Below, piece after piece: positions 1 to 7,095 of a stretch of 32,485 nucleotides of DNA. Position numbers and translations under genes: made by a program. Source of the DNA: Cyanobacteria bacterium UBA1186. GTDB lineage: Bacteria > Cyanobacteriota > Vampirovibrionia > Gastranaerophilales > Gastranaerophilaceae. Location: positions 2,924 to 35,408 of the forward strand of contig DBYM01000004.1 of assembly GCA_002309875.1 (NCBI GenBank), in the 5' to 3' direction. The stretch's first letter is position 1; each line of letters opens with the position of its first letter. Under the pieces are notes generated by a model. It had not been told where the DNA came from and made no database searches. It worked only from the letters and a program-made list of their open reading frames with translations.

Positions 1-207
1 ACGATGCCTGTATGTATGAATGCTGCCAATGAAGAAGCAGTTTTTGCCTTTTTAAACGGGCGCATTAAATTATATGAAATTATCAAGACAACAGAACTGA
101 TGCTTGAAAACCACACAGTAATCAAAAATCCTACGCTTGATGAAATCTTTGACACAGATAATGAAATCAGGATAAAAACCCGCGAACTGTTTCTAAAACT
201 TGCTTAA
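1..207 (+). CDS. dxr: 1-deoxy-D-xylulose-5-phosphate reductoisomerase, C-terminal fragment (gene starts before the window)
   Basis: PVCMNAANEEAVFAFLNGRI matches the DXR C-terminal P-x-x-x-NAANE-x-AV-x-x-FL signature. The frame is open from base 1 to TAA at 205-207. Confidence 0.9.
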   Translation, partial: TMPVCMNAANEEAVFAFLNGRIKLYEIIKTTELMLENHTVIKNPTLDEIFDTDNEIRIKTRELFLKLA

Positions 208-1309
208 AGTCGTCAATATTTGTGTCAGAAGTTAATGACAACCGTAGTCTTGAAGTCCCCTCAGGCACGGTTGGCGGTCTTATAGCCGGAATATAAAAGC
301 CTTTGGCCTTTAATTCCTCAGAAATAGTATTGGTTGCGTCATTCGAGCCGATAATTACCGGAATTATCTGACTTACCGAAGTCGTATTTAATCCGAATTC
401 TCTCAGTAATTCGTGTGCTTTCTCAATGATTGACTTTAATTTATCTCTCTGCATCTGTAAATAATGCAATTTTTCCGTAAGAAGCCAATTCGTCCACGCT
501 ATATTTATCGGCGGTATTGAGGTAGAAAATATAAATGAGCGTGCCTTATTAATCAAATATGTTATTATATCGTTATTTGAAACGCAAAATGCCCCAAATG
601 AACCAAGTGATTTACCAAATGTTGCAGTTATAATATCAACGTCTTTCCCGTATGACAGGCCCGTAAGATGATCTCCAAAAGCACAAAATGCATGCGCTTC
701 ATCAACCATTAATATGCAATTGTATTTATTTTTAAGGCTTATTAATTTATCAATATCAGCCGTGTCGCCGTCCATTGAAAACAATGATTCGGAAACAATT
801 ATTGCTCTTTGGTAATTGCTCCTTTTTTGTATTAAGAGTTTTTCAAGATTATCATAATCAAGATGTTTGTATCTGATAAAATCACCTTCAGAAAGGCGCA
901 TTCCATCGATTATACTCGCATGATTAAGTTTATCTGAAAAAATAACATCACCTTTGGCGCAAAGGGCAGAAAGAACGCCCAAATTGCACTGATAACCGGT
1001 ATTAAATACAAGGCAGGCTTCCTTCCCAAACATATCGGCAATCGTCTTTTCTAAATCAGTAAATTCGGAAGAACTGCCGCTGAGAAGCCTTGCTGAGGCT
1101 GAAGAAAAGCATTTCGAAATGTTTTTCGATAAGAATTCGCCAACAAGTTCTTGTTTTGTACTAATTCCAAGATAGTCATTTGACGCAAAATTTATGTAAT
1201 TAACTCCGTCAATTCTTATACAACTATCGGATTTATACTCAATTTGCGGTATTCTCCTTAATTGCCCAATACTATCCAACCTGTTTAATTCTTCTTTAAT
1301 TCTTTCCAT
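167..1309 (-). CDS. bioF: 8-amino-7-oxononanoate synthase (PLP-dependent, class II aminotransferase fold)
   Basis: Motifs NFASNDYLG, SARLLSG, FNTGYQCN, SDKLNHASIIDG, ESLFSMDGD, VDEAHA, TFGKSLG (PLP lysine) and IRPPTVPEGTSRLRLSL. Confidence 0.9.
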   Translation of the reverse strand: MERIKEELNRLDSIGQLRRIPQIEYKSDSCIRIDGVNYINFASNDYLGISTKQELVGEFLSKNISKCFSSASARLLSGSSSEFTDLEKTIADMFGKEACLVFNTGYQCNLGVLSALCAKGDVIFSDKLNHASIIDGMRLSEGDFIRYKHLDYDNLEKLLIQKRSNYQRAIIVSESLFSMDGDTADIDKLISLKNKYNCILMVDEAHAFCAFGDHLTGLSYGKDVDIITATFGKSLGSFGAFCVSNNDIITYLINKARSFIFSTSIPPINIAWTNWLLTEKLHYLQMQRDKLKSIIEKAHELLREFGLNTTSVSQIIPVIIGSNDATNTISEELKAKGFYIPAIRPPTVPEGTSRLRLSLTSDTNIDDFKQVLETVRGFLS

Positions 1310-2555
1310 TAATTTCTTTTTCTATAATACTTTTAGCCGTTTCTAACTGTATGTCTTTTGAATTTGAATCTATATAAAAGTCAAAATCATTACCTATTTC
1401 AATATCCGGTTTAATACCCAATTTATTGATATCAGTACCATTCGGAGTCAAATATCTTGCTATCGTAACGTTTAAACCTGTTTGATTCGGTAACGGCACG
1501 ACTTTTTGAACAAGCCCCTTTCCAAATGTCTTTTTCCCGACAAGTTTTGCTTTTTTATAATCTTTTAATGCGCCTGAAAGAATTTCACTTGCACTTGCAC
1601 TTGCGCCATTAACCAACACAACAAGGGGTTTCGTGCTGATATCGCTGCTCAGAAGATTCTGTTCGGGATTTGCATGAATTACTTTTTTATAACCGTTCTT
1701 ATAAATTATTTCAACAATTTCACCATGTTTGATAAAAATATTTGCAATAAACACCGCATTGTCCAAAAGTCCGCCCGTGTTACCCCTAAGGTCAATAATT
1801 ATTGAATCCGCATCTTTTGTGTTTCCCAATGCTTCCAAAAATTCACTTGGAGTTGTCCCGCCCATAAAACTAATTATTTGTATATAGCCTATGTGATTAT
1901 CAAGCATAGAACTTTTTACATTCTTAATTTTTATTTCTTTTCGCTTAATTTTTTTAACTATTTTTTTATCATTTCTTAAAATTGTCAGTTCAACCACACT
2001 ATTTTCGGGCCCGCGTACAAGAGACGCTACGTCAGAAACATTCATACCGTTAATGTCTTTACCGTCAACCGCCAAAATAACATCACCCTGCTTTAATTGT
2101 GCATTGTCAGCAGGAGTTGAAGGCATAACATTGAAAATCTCAATTTTGCCTGCATTCGAATATATATTAACCCCTATCCCAAATATTTTTGAAGATATAG
2201 ATGTTGCGAGGTCGTCAAAATCTTTCTTAGACATAAATTTTGTGTACGGCTCATTTAAACTCGCAACCATTGTATCAATAGCAACTCTTGCATCTTCGTC
2301 AGTTTCTAATTTACCCTGATATCTTGTTTTCCACCTGGACCAGTCCTGATGATTCATTGTCGGCTCGTAATATTCACGATATATTACCTTCCAAGTCTTA
2401 TCATATAACTTTTGCGGAGTTGAAACTTCGTTACTTTTAAGTGACTGCGTAGCAAAATACACGTTTGCACGGCTGAATGTGTCCTGAAAAACGCGATTAA
2501 ACATTACTAAAATAAGTATCAATAATAACGGTATTATTATCTGCTTAACTCTCAT
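1296..2555 (-). CDS. ctpA: Carboxyl-terminal processing protease, S41A family (N-terminal TM/signal, PDZ, catalytic domain)
   Basis: Hydrophobic N-terminus; L-x-EPYT; GIGV PDZ loop; IIDLRGNTGG; SASASEI (catalytic Ser); TFGKG (catalytic Lys). ATG 2555 preferred over the track's TTG 2573. Confidence 0.9.
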   Translation of the reverse strand: MRVKQIIIPLLLILILVMFNRVFQDTFSRANVYFATQSLKSNEVSTPQKLYDKTWKVIYREYYEPTMNHQDWSRWKTRYQGKLETDEDARVAIDTMVASLNEPYTKFMSKKDFDDLATSISSKIFGIGVNIYSNAGKIEIFNVMPSTPADNAQLKQGDVILAVDGKDINGMNVSDVASLVRGPENSVVELTILRNDKKIVKKIKRKEIKIKNVKSSMLDNHIGYIQIISFMGGTTPSEFLEALGNTKDADSIIIDLRGNTGGLLDNAVFIANIFIKHGEIVEIIYKNGYKKVIHANPEQNLLSSDISTKPLVVLVNGASASASEILSGALKDYKKAKLVGKKTFGKGLVQKVVPLPNQTGLNVTIARYLTPNGTDINKLGIKPDIEIGNDFDFYIDSNSKDIQLETAKSIIEKEINGKN

Positions 2556-2639
2556 ATGATTATTTAACCGCAATAATACACTTATATCAATATGCTCAAA
2601 GTATCAGTTAACATACTGATTCGAATAAAAATTAAAAGT

Positions 2640-3305
2640 TTACTGCTCGCTGAAACCGGGAGATGTTATCGGTAAACCTTTATATCCCTCATTTGCATAA
2701 ACAGTCTTCTTTATGTACTTATTTGTATAATTTCCCTTTTCAAGCAGTTGTTTTAATATGTTTTCACGTGTCACAAGCGAAGATTCAAGATTATTTGACT
2801 CGGGAAATCTCTTCAGCATTTCTGTCCAAACCGTTGCCTCCATTGTCCAGGCATAGGTTTCTTCACACAAAGAGTTATATTCGTCCTGATGCAGGGCCTC
2901 ATGGGCTAAAAGTGCCGCTAATGCTGCCGGTGGAGCAGATTCATGCTTGGGATTAATATAAATGTACAAGCGTCCTTTTCTCTTCCACCCGACCGCATCA
3001 AAACTGGAATAAGCCTGATTTAATTCGGACAAATCTCTGAATTCAATTTTAAAAGGCTTCTGAGTCAGATTATAACCTAAGATTGCCTTTCTTGAATAGT
3101 CTGCAGTTGTACCTTTCATCATATCCAAGGCAACGTGGAATATTTGATCATTTGCAATTTTTTTGTACTCAGGTGAAATCAACTCCAGGTATTCATCTGT
3201 ATATTTATCTGGAAGTTTAACGTCAGACGGGACCGGAACAAGCGCTGCGGCTGCGAATCCCGCATTAAAAGCCATCATCATTAATATAGTTAATATTTTT
3301 TTCAT
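2640..3305 (-). CDS. Exported hypothetical protein with HExxH zinc-metallopeptidase-like motif
   Basis: MKKILTILMMMAFNAGFAAA looks like a Sec signal peptide. LAHEALHQDEYNSLCEE gives HExxH plus downstream Glu. GAGAG lies upstream of ATG 3305 (track start TTG 3311). Confidence 0.7.
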   Translation of the reverse strand: MKKILTILMMMAFNAGFAAAALVPVPSDVKLPDKYTDEYLELISPEYKKIANDQIFHVALDMMKGTTADYSRKAILGYNLTQKPFKIEFRDLSELNQAYSSFDAVGWKRKGRLYIYINPKHESAPPAALAALLAHEALHQDEYNSLCEETYAWTMEATVWTEMLKRFPESNNLESSLVTRENILKQLLEKGNYTNKYIKKTVYANEGYKGLPITSPGFSEQ

Positions 3306-3327
3306 ATCCAAATCTCTCGCTTACATT

Positions 3328-3357
3328 ATTATATACTTTTGTCGATAATAAAGTCAA
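3328..3357 (-). promoter_or_regulatory. sigma70-type promoter for the HExxH protein gene
   Basis: Minus strand TTGACT (3357-3352), 18 nt, TATAAT (3333-3328). Confidence 0.55.
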
Positions 3358-3376
3358 AAAAAACTATTAAGAACTA

Positions 3377-3405
3377 TTGCCCTAACCCCAAAACGCTGGT
3401 ATAAT
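3377..3405 (+). promoter_or_regulatory. sigma70-type extended -10 promoter, probably producing a leaderless mRNA
   Basis: TTGCCC (3377-3382), 17 nt, TGgTATAAT (-10 at 3400-3405). ATG 3412 is 7 nt downstream with no Shine-Dalgarno. Confidence 0.6.
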
Positions 3406-3411
3406 GTGGAT

Positions 3412-4863
3412 ATGAGGGATTATGATTTTTACTATACTCAAGACGGGTCCGTCGGGTTGTATTCTTATGCTGACGACGATGTTTACCATTCCAAATATGG
3501 CGCGCTGACTGAAGCATGGCAAAAATTCGTCATACCCTCAGGTATAACCTCCCTCCTTAACACTAAGGAGAATATCCGTGTATTAGATGTATGCTATGGT
3601 GTTGGATATAATACAAAAGCATTAATGAGTTATGTAATCAGTGCAAATGAAAATCTTTTAAAAATAAAAAATAAAAAAAAATTTATAAATAATTTCAAAA
3701 AATCTTTAAAAAATTTTGGAGAAGAATTAAAAGAAGAAATAAGTATCGACACGATAGATAACAATAAATTTAAATATTGGCTGTCTAAATTATTATTATC
3801 TATCGAAACGGAAGAAGAAGAGACTGTATCTAAAGTTCATATAGACTGTTTAGATATAAATGAAGAATTAGTTAAAATTTCTCCTTATTTAAAAACATTA
3901 ATTACACCCCAGGAAATTTACACACTGATTGTTCCAAAAATTTTTGACTGTTTTGATTTATATTGGAAAATCAAAAATTTGATTTCAATTATTGGTTTAT
4001 TTTTTATGCCACATAACAAGGCAAAAATAACAGAGAAATTAAATTTAAAATTTAATAATGATTATGACAAATCAGACAGGGAGTATCGGATTCATAAATT
4101 CGTAAATGTAATCATAATAGACCAACTCTTAAAACTGTATAAGGACAACTATATAACCAAAGACATATTAAAAGTATTGAAAAATCATGAAAACAGGAGA
4201 TACCTGAATGTCCCCCTGGCCAAATATGCCATTTTAAAGCAGAAAATCAAGTATGATTTTATCTCCCGATTCAATTTAATCGTCAATTTACATAATATAT
4301 ATTATGACTATTTATCTAAACGATATAAAAATGCTAAATTTAAGCAGGTTAGCAGGCTGTTTGACGTGAATTTCTACGTAAATGATGCCAGAAAGACTAT
4401 TTTGCAGTTAGAAGGCGAATATGACTTTATGTTCCTCGATGCCTTCACATACTCTAAGGCGCCCGAGTTATGGACAGTTGAGTTTATTGCTGAACTGTAT
4501 AATAAACTTTCAAGAAACGGGGTTATTATGACCTACTCAACCTCAGCACTTGTCAGAAACACCTTTATAGAAAATAAATTTTATGTCGGTAAAATCTTAG
4601 ATGAAAAAACAGGAAAATTTATAGGAACAATTGCAGCAAAAGAAAAATCAATGATTGAACACCCTCTCTCAAACTATGAATTGGGACTGTGCTCAACAAG
4701 AGCAGGAATTCCATATCACGATACAGGACTTGGTTTGCCAAGAGATGTAATATTGGATAAAAGGGAATTTGTCTTTAAAAACAGTGATTTATTGACCTCT
4801 ACACAATATATAAAAAGACGCTTGCGCAAGAATAACGAGGACGATGATGATGGTGAAGAATAA
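3412..4863 (+). CDS. MnmD/MnmC2-like SAM-dependent tRNA (mnm5s2U34) methyltransferase with large low-complexity insertions
   Basis: TQDGS-x-x-LY...YHS-x-x-GALTEA-x-x-KF; motif I VLDVCYGVGYN; DAR; FLDAF-x-x-x-KAPELWT-x-EF; TYS-x-S-x-x-VR; C-terminal TRAGIPY-x-D as in cyanobacterial-type stand-alone homologues. About 200 extra K/N/I/F-rich residues lie in the middle. The track starts at GTG 3406. Confidence 0.8.
   Translation: MRDYDFYYTQDGSVGLYSYADDDVYHSKYGALTEAWQKFVIPSGITSLLNTKENIRVLDVCYGVGYNTKALMSYVISANENLLKIKNKKKFINNFKKSLKNFGEELKEEISIDTIDNNKFKYWLSKLLLSIETEEEETVSKVHIDCLDINEELVKISPYLKTLITPQEIYTLIVPKIFDCFDLYWKIKNLISIIGLFFMPHNKAKITEKLNLKFNNDYDKSDREYRIHKFVNVIIIDQLLKLYKDNYITKDILKVLKNHENRRYLNVPLAKYAILKQKIKYDFISRFNLIVNLHNIYYDYLSKRYKNAKFKQVSRLFDVNFYVNDARKTILQLEGEYDFMFLDAFTYSKAPELWTVEFIAELYNKLSRNGVIMTYSTSALVRNTFIENKFYVGKILDEKTGKFIGTIAAKEKSMIEHPLSNYELGLCSTRAGIPYHDTGLGLPRDVILDKREFVFKNSDLLTSTQYIKRRLRKNNEDDDDGEE
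3744..3813. repeat. Pair of TATNG-ANN-CNATA palindromic motifs, 57 bp apart
   Basis: TATCG-ACA-CGATA (3744-3756, perfect) and TATCG-AAA-CGGAA (3801-3813, imperfect). Confidence 0.5.
4285..4312 (-). other. Putative Xer recombination site (dif-like, 11-6-11 bp) inside the MnmD-like CDS
   Basis: Minus strand AATAGTCATAA-TATATA-TTATGTAAATT. Spacer plus right arm match B. subtilis dif (TATATA-TTATGTAAACT) at 16/17 nt. The inner left arm CATAA matches the E. coli dif XerC arm. Confidence 0.7.
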
Positions 4864-6136
4864 ATATGATGTAATTATTGCAGGAGGAGGAACATCAGGC
4901 ATAAGTTGCGCCTGGAATTGCGGTAAATTAGGGCTTGAGACATTGCTTGTCGAGCGAAACTCCTTCCTGGGCGGCTCTATAACCTCATCATTGGTTATTC
5001 CGGCAATGAAAACAAGTGAAAATGCGATAAATACCGATTTTTATGATAATTTTTATAATAATTTAAAAAATGTTGGCGGCGCTATTACTTATTCTGACGG
5101 CAATAGAGGCTGGTTTAATCCCGAATTAACAAAGATTATACTTGATTCAATGATGAAAGATGCAAATGTTGATGTAATATTTGAGTCATGTATAGACTCT
5201 ATACAGACAGAGAACAAAAAAATATTATCAGTAAATATTGATACGATATATGATGATAACTCATTAAATAACACAAATATATTATCGCAACCTATCGAAA
5301 CGAAATATGTTGTAGATGCGACCGGCGATTCTAAAATTTTTCAAAAATTAAATTTAGAATTTTTGAAAAAAAAGGAAAATGATTTTCAACCAATAAACTT
5401 AAGATTTATAATGTCTGGAGTAAATACAAAAAAATTCGCAGAATGGATAACAAAATTTGATACGAACAGGGAGGTTACAACAGCCTGTACAGAGGGCAGT
5501 TACACCTATGTATCTACTGCTTACACCTGGGATACCAATAAAAATTGGGCTCTAAGGCCTATATTCAGACGGGCAGTGGAGGATAATGTGCTTAAAGAAG
5601 AGGATACTAACTACTTTCAACTGTTCTCAGTCGCCGGAACACAGGATTCTGTAGCGTTTAATGCCCCAAGATTAACAATCACCGGCCTGAGCCGCTCTGA
5701 TTCTTATATAGAGGCGCGTTCAGCCATATTCAGGCTCTCAAATTTCTGCAAAAAATACCTTAACGGTTTTGAAAATTCATATATATCATCTATTGCAAAT
5801 ACTCTTGGCGTAAGGGTTTCAAACAGAATTCGCGGGAAATATGTATATAGTTATGAAGATTTAATATCAGGTAAAACATTTGACAGACCTGTGCTTGTGT
5901 CAAACTACCCAATTGACATACATTCCGATAAAAAGGATTCGTCAACACTGCAAAAAGTGTATAAAGAGTACCAACTCCCTTTGGAATCGCTTATGTCCGC
6001 CGATTATGAAAATCTATTTGCAATAGGCCGCTGCATTTCTGCCGATTTTAAAGCGCAAGCTGCCCTAAGAATAATTCCTTCCTGCTTTTCGATGGGAGAA
6101 GGGCTTGCTAAGTACCTTGCGGAGATTAAGCACTAA
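4844..6136 (+). CDS. FAD-dependent oxidoreductase (FAD_oxidored/PF12831-like)
   Basis: YDVIIAGGGTSG Rossmann motif; LVER-x-x-FLGG; VVDATGD; GVRVSNRIRGKY; YPIDIH; YQLP-x-x-SL...NLFAIGRCISA...ALRIIP-x-CFSMGEG. Overlaps the upstream gene end. The start is one of ATG 4844/4847/4850 after GAGGA. Confidence 0.85.
   Translation: MMMVKNKYDVIIAGGGTSGISCAWNCGKLGLETLLVERNSFLGGSITSSLVIPAMKTSENAINTDFYDNFYNNLKNVGGAITYSDGNRGWFNPELTKIILDSMMKDANVDVIFESCIDSIQTENKKILSVNIDTIYDDNSLNNTNILSQPIETKYVVDATGDSKIFQKLNLEFLKKKENDFQPINLRFIMSGVNTKKFAEWITKFDTNREVTTACTEGSYTYVSTAYTWDTNKNWALRPIFRRAVEDNVLKEEDTNYFQLFSVAGTQDSVAFNAPRLTITGLSRSDSYIEARSAIFRLSNFCKKYLNGFENSYISSIANTLGVRVSNRIRGKYVYSYEDLISGKTFDRPVLVSNYPIDIHSDKKDSSTLQKVYKEYQLPLESLMSADYENLFAIGRCISADFKAQAALRIIPSCFSMGEGLAKYLAEIKH
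5189..5309. repeat. Three TATNG-ANN-CNATA palindromic motifs / degenerate tandem repeat
   Basis: TGTATAG-ACT-CTATACA (5189-5205); TTATCAGTAAATATTG-ATA-CGATATATGATGATAA (5225-5259, 12/16 arm match); TATCG-AAA-CGAAA (5293-5305). Segments 5221-5252 and 5278-5309 are 23/32 identical, 57 bp apart. Confidence 0.55.
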
Positions 6137-7013
6137 TAAAATTATTGGTTATGGTATGAATATATTCAAGTAATTGCATGAAATAATCCATATCAGTATC
6201 GCCATTAAGCACCAAATCCGCATACTCTCTTGCCGGCTGAACATATCTGAGTCCTGCACCCAATATATAATCCCAATGTTTAAGTGCATTTTTTAAGTCC
6301 TGGTTTCTCTCCGTATAAGCACGTCTTAAGAATCGGTCTTTTCTTGTGTTCAAATCTGCTTCAACATACACTTTTATATCAAAAATGTCTTTAACGCCGT
6401 CATACATCGAAGCAATACCCTCAACAATAATAACCTTGTTGGTTTTAACCAATTTTGATTTTGGAAGTGATACCCCTGTTCCGTTGGGCAAATACTCCGG
6501 AGCATATATATCCAAACCTTCTGCTAACGTCTTTAAATCGTTCTTTAGTGTGTCCAGTTGAAAACTTTCCGGTGCATCAATGTCATAACCGTTATCTCTC
6601 AGTTTGTCAAAACTACCGTACTTGTTTATCAACGCAGAAATGTCGTTAAAATAATTATCCGTTGTTAAAATACTGACAGGCATATTAAAACTTTTGATAA
6701 CATCGTATATTGCACGGCATATTGTCGATTTACCTGAAGCAGATTCACCCGTTATGCCAATCATAATTTTTTTATCCGGATTAGATATTAATCTTCTTGA
6801 AAAATTCTGTATAAAATCATTTCTTACTGATGCAATAATAGGCTTAGACGCCGTGCTATCAAAAGCCTGCAGTTGCTTAAACTTTGCCTGTAAATAAAAC
6901 GCAAGCAATTCTCGGCCGTTTCTTTGTGAAAAATCAGGTTTTAAAAATTTATCGTTGGAGTTTAATTCTTTTTCAATAAGATGCTGCAAGGCATCTTTAT
7001 CATCTTCAATCAT
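6126..7013 (-). CDS. Uridine kinase / phosphoribulokinase-family P-loop kinase with N-terminal extension
   Basis: IGITGESASGKST Walker A; TDNYF; DIDAPESF (cf. Udk NFDHPDAF); VIIVEGI; FDIKVYVEAD...R-x-x-R-x-x-RR...ER; YVQPAREYADLV. Confidence 0.8.
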   Translation of the reverse strand: MIEDDKDALQHLIEKELNSNDKFLKPDFSQRNGRELLAFYLQAKFKQLQAFDSTASKPIIASVRNDFIQNFSRRLISNPDKKIMIGITGESASGKSTICRAIYDVIKSFNMPVSILTTDNYFNDISALINKYGSFDKLRDNGYDIDAPESFQLDTLKNDLKTLAEGLDIYAPEYLPNGTGVSLPKSKLVKTNKVIIVEGIASMYDGVKDIFDIKVYVEADLNTRKDRFLRRAYTERNQDLKNALKHWDYILGAGLRYVQPAREYADLVLNGDTDMDYFMQLLEYIHTITNNFISA

Positions 7014-7037
7014 ATTGCTATTCCAATTTGTCTAACT

Positions 7038-7065
7038 ATTATACATAGTAAAAATTTTTCGTAAA
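7038..7065 (-). promoter_or_regulatory. sigma70-type promoter for the kinase gene
   Basis: Minus strand TTTACG (7065-7060), 16 nt, TATAAT (7043-7038). Confidence 0.4.
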
Positions 7066-7095
7066 GGGCAAGTGTAAAATTGACATTTAATATGA

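Noticed and set aside
167-207. 41-bp convergent overlap of dxr and bioF (also 6126-6136 and 30171-30182)
   Set aside because: Ordinary for a compact genome, with no sign of a dedicated antisense mechanism.
2603-2620. Hairpin ATCAGT-TAACAT-ACTGAT upstream of ctpA
   Set aside because: The 6-bp stem is weak and has no convincing U-tract.
3650-3790. Very AT-rich tract as a possible oriC unwinding element
   Set aside because: No DnaA-box cluster or dnaA/dnaN is nearby, and the adjacent dif-like site argues for the terminus.
3885-4355. Intein or intron in the methyltransferase
   Set aside because: No intein splice-junction residues, homing-endonuclease motifs or RNA structure are evident, and the frame is continuous.
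3673-5373. A8-A9 homopolymers (3673-3681, 5366-5373) as phase-variation or frameshift sites
   Set aside because: Both ORFs are intact, and such runs are expected from Lys codons in AT-rich DNA.
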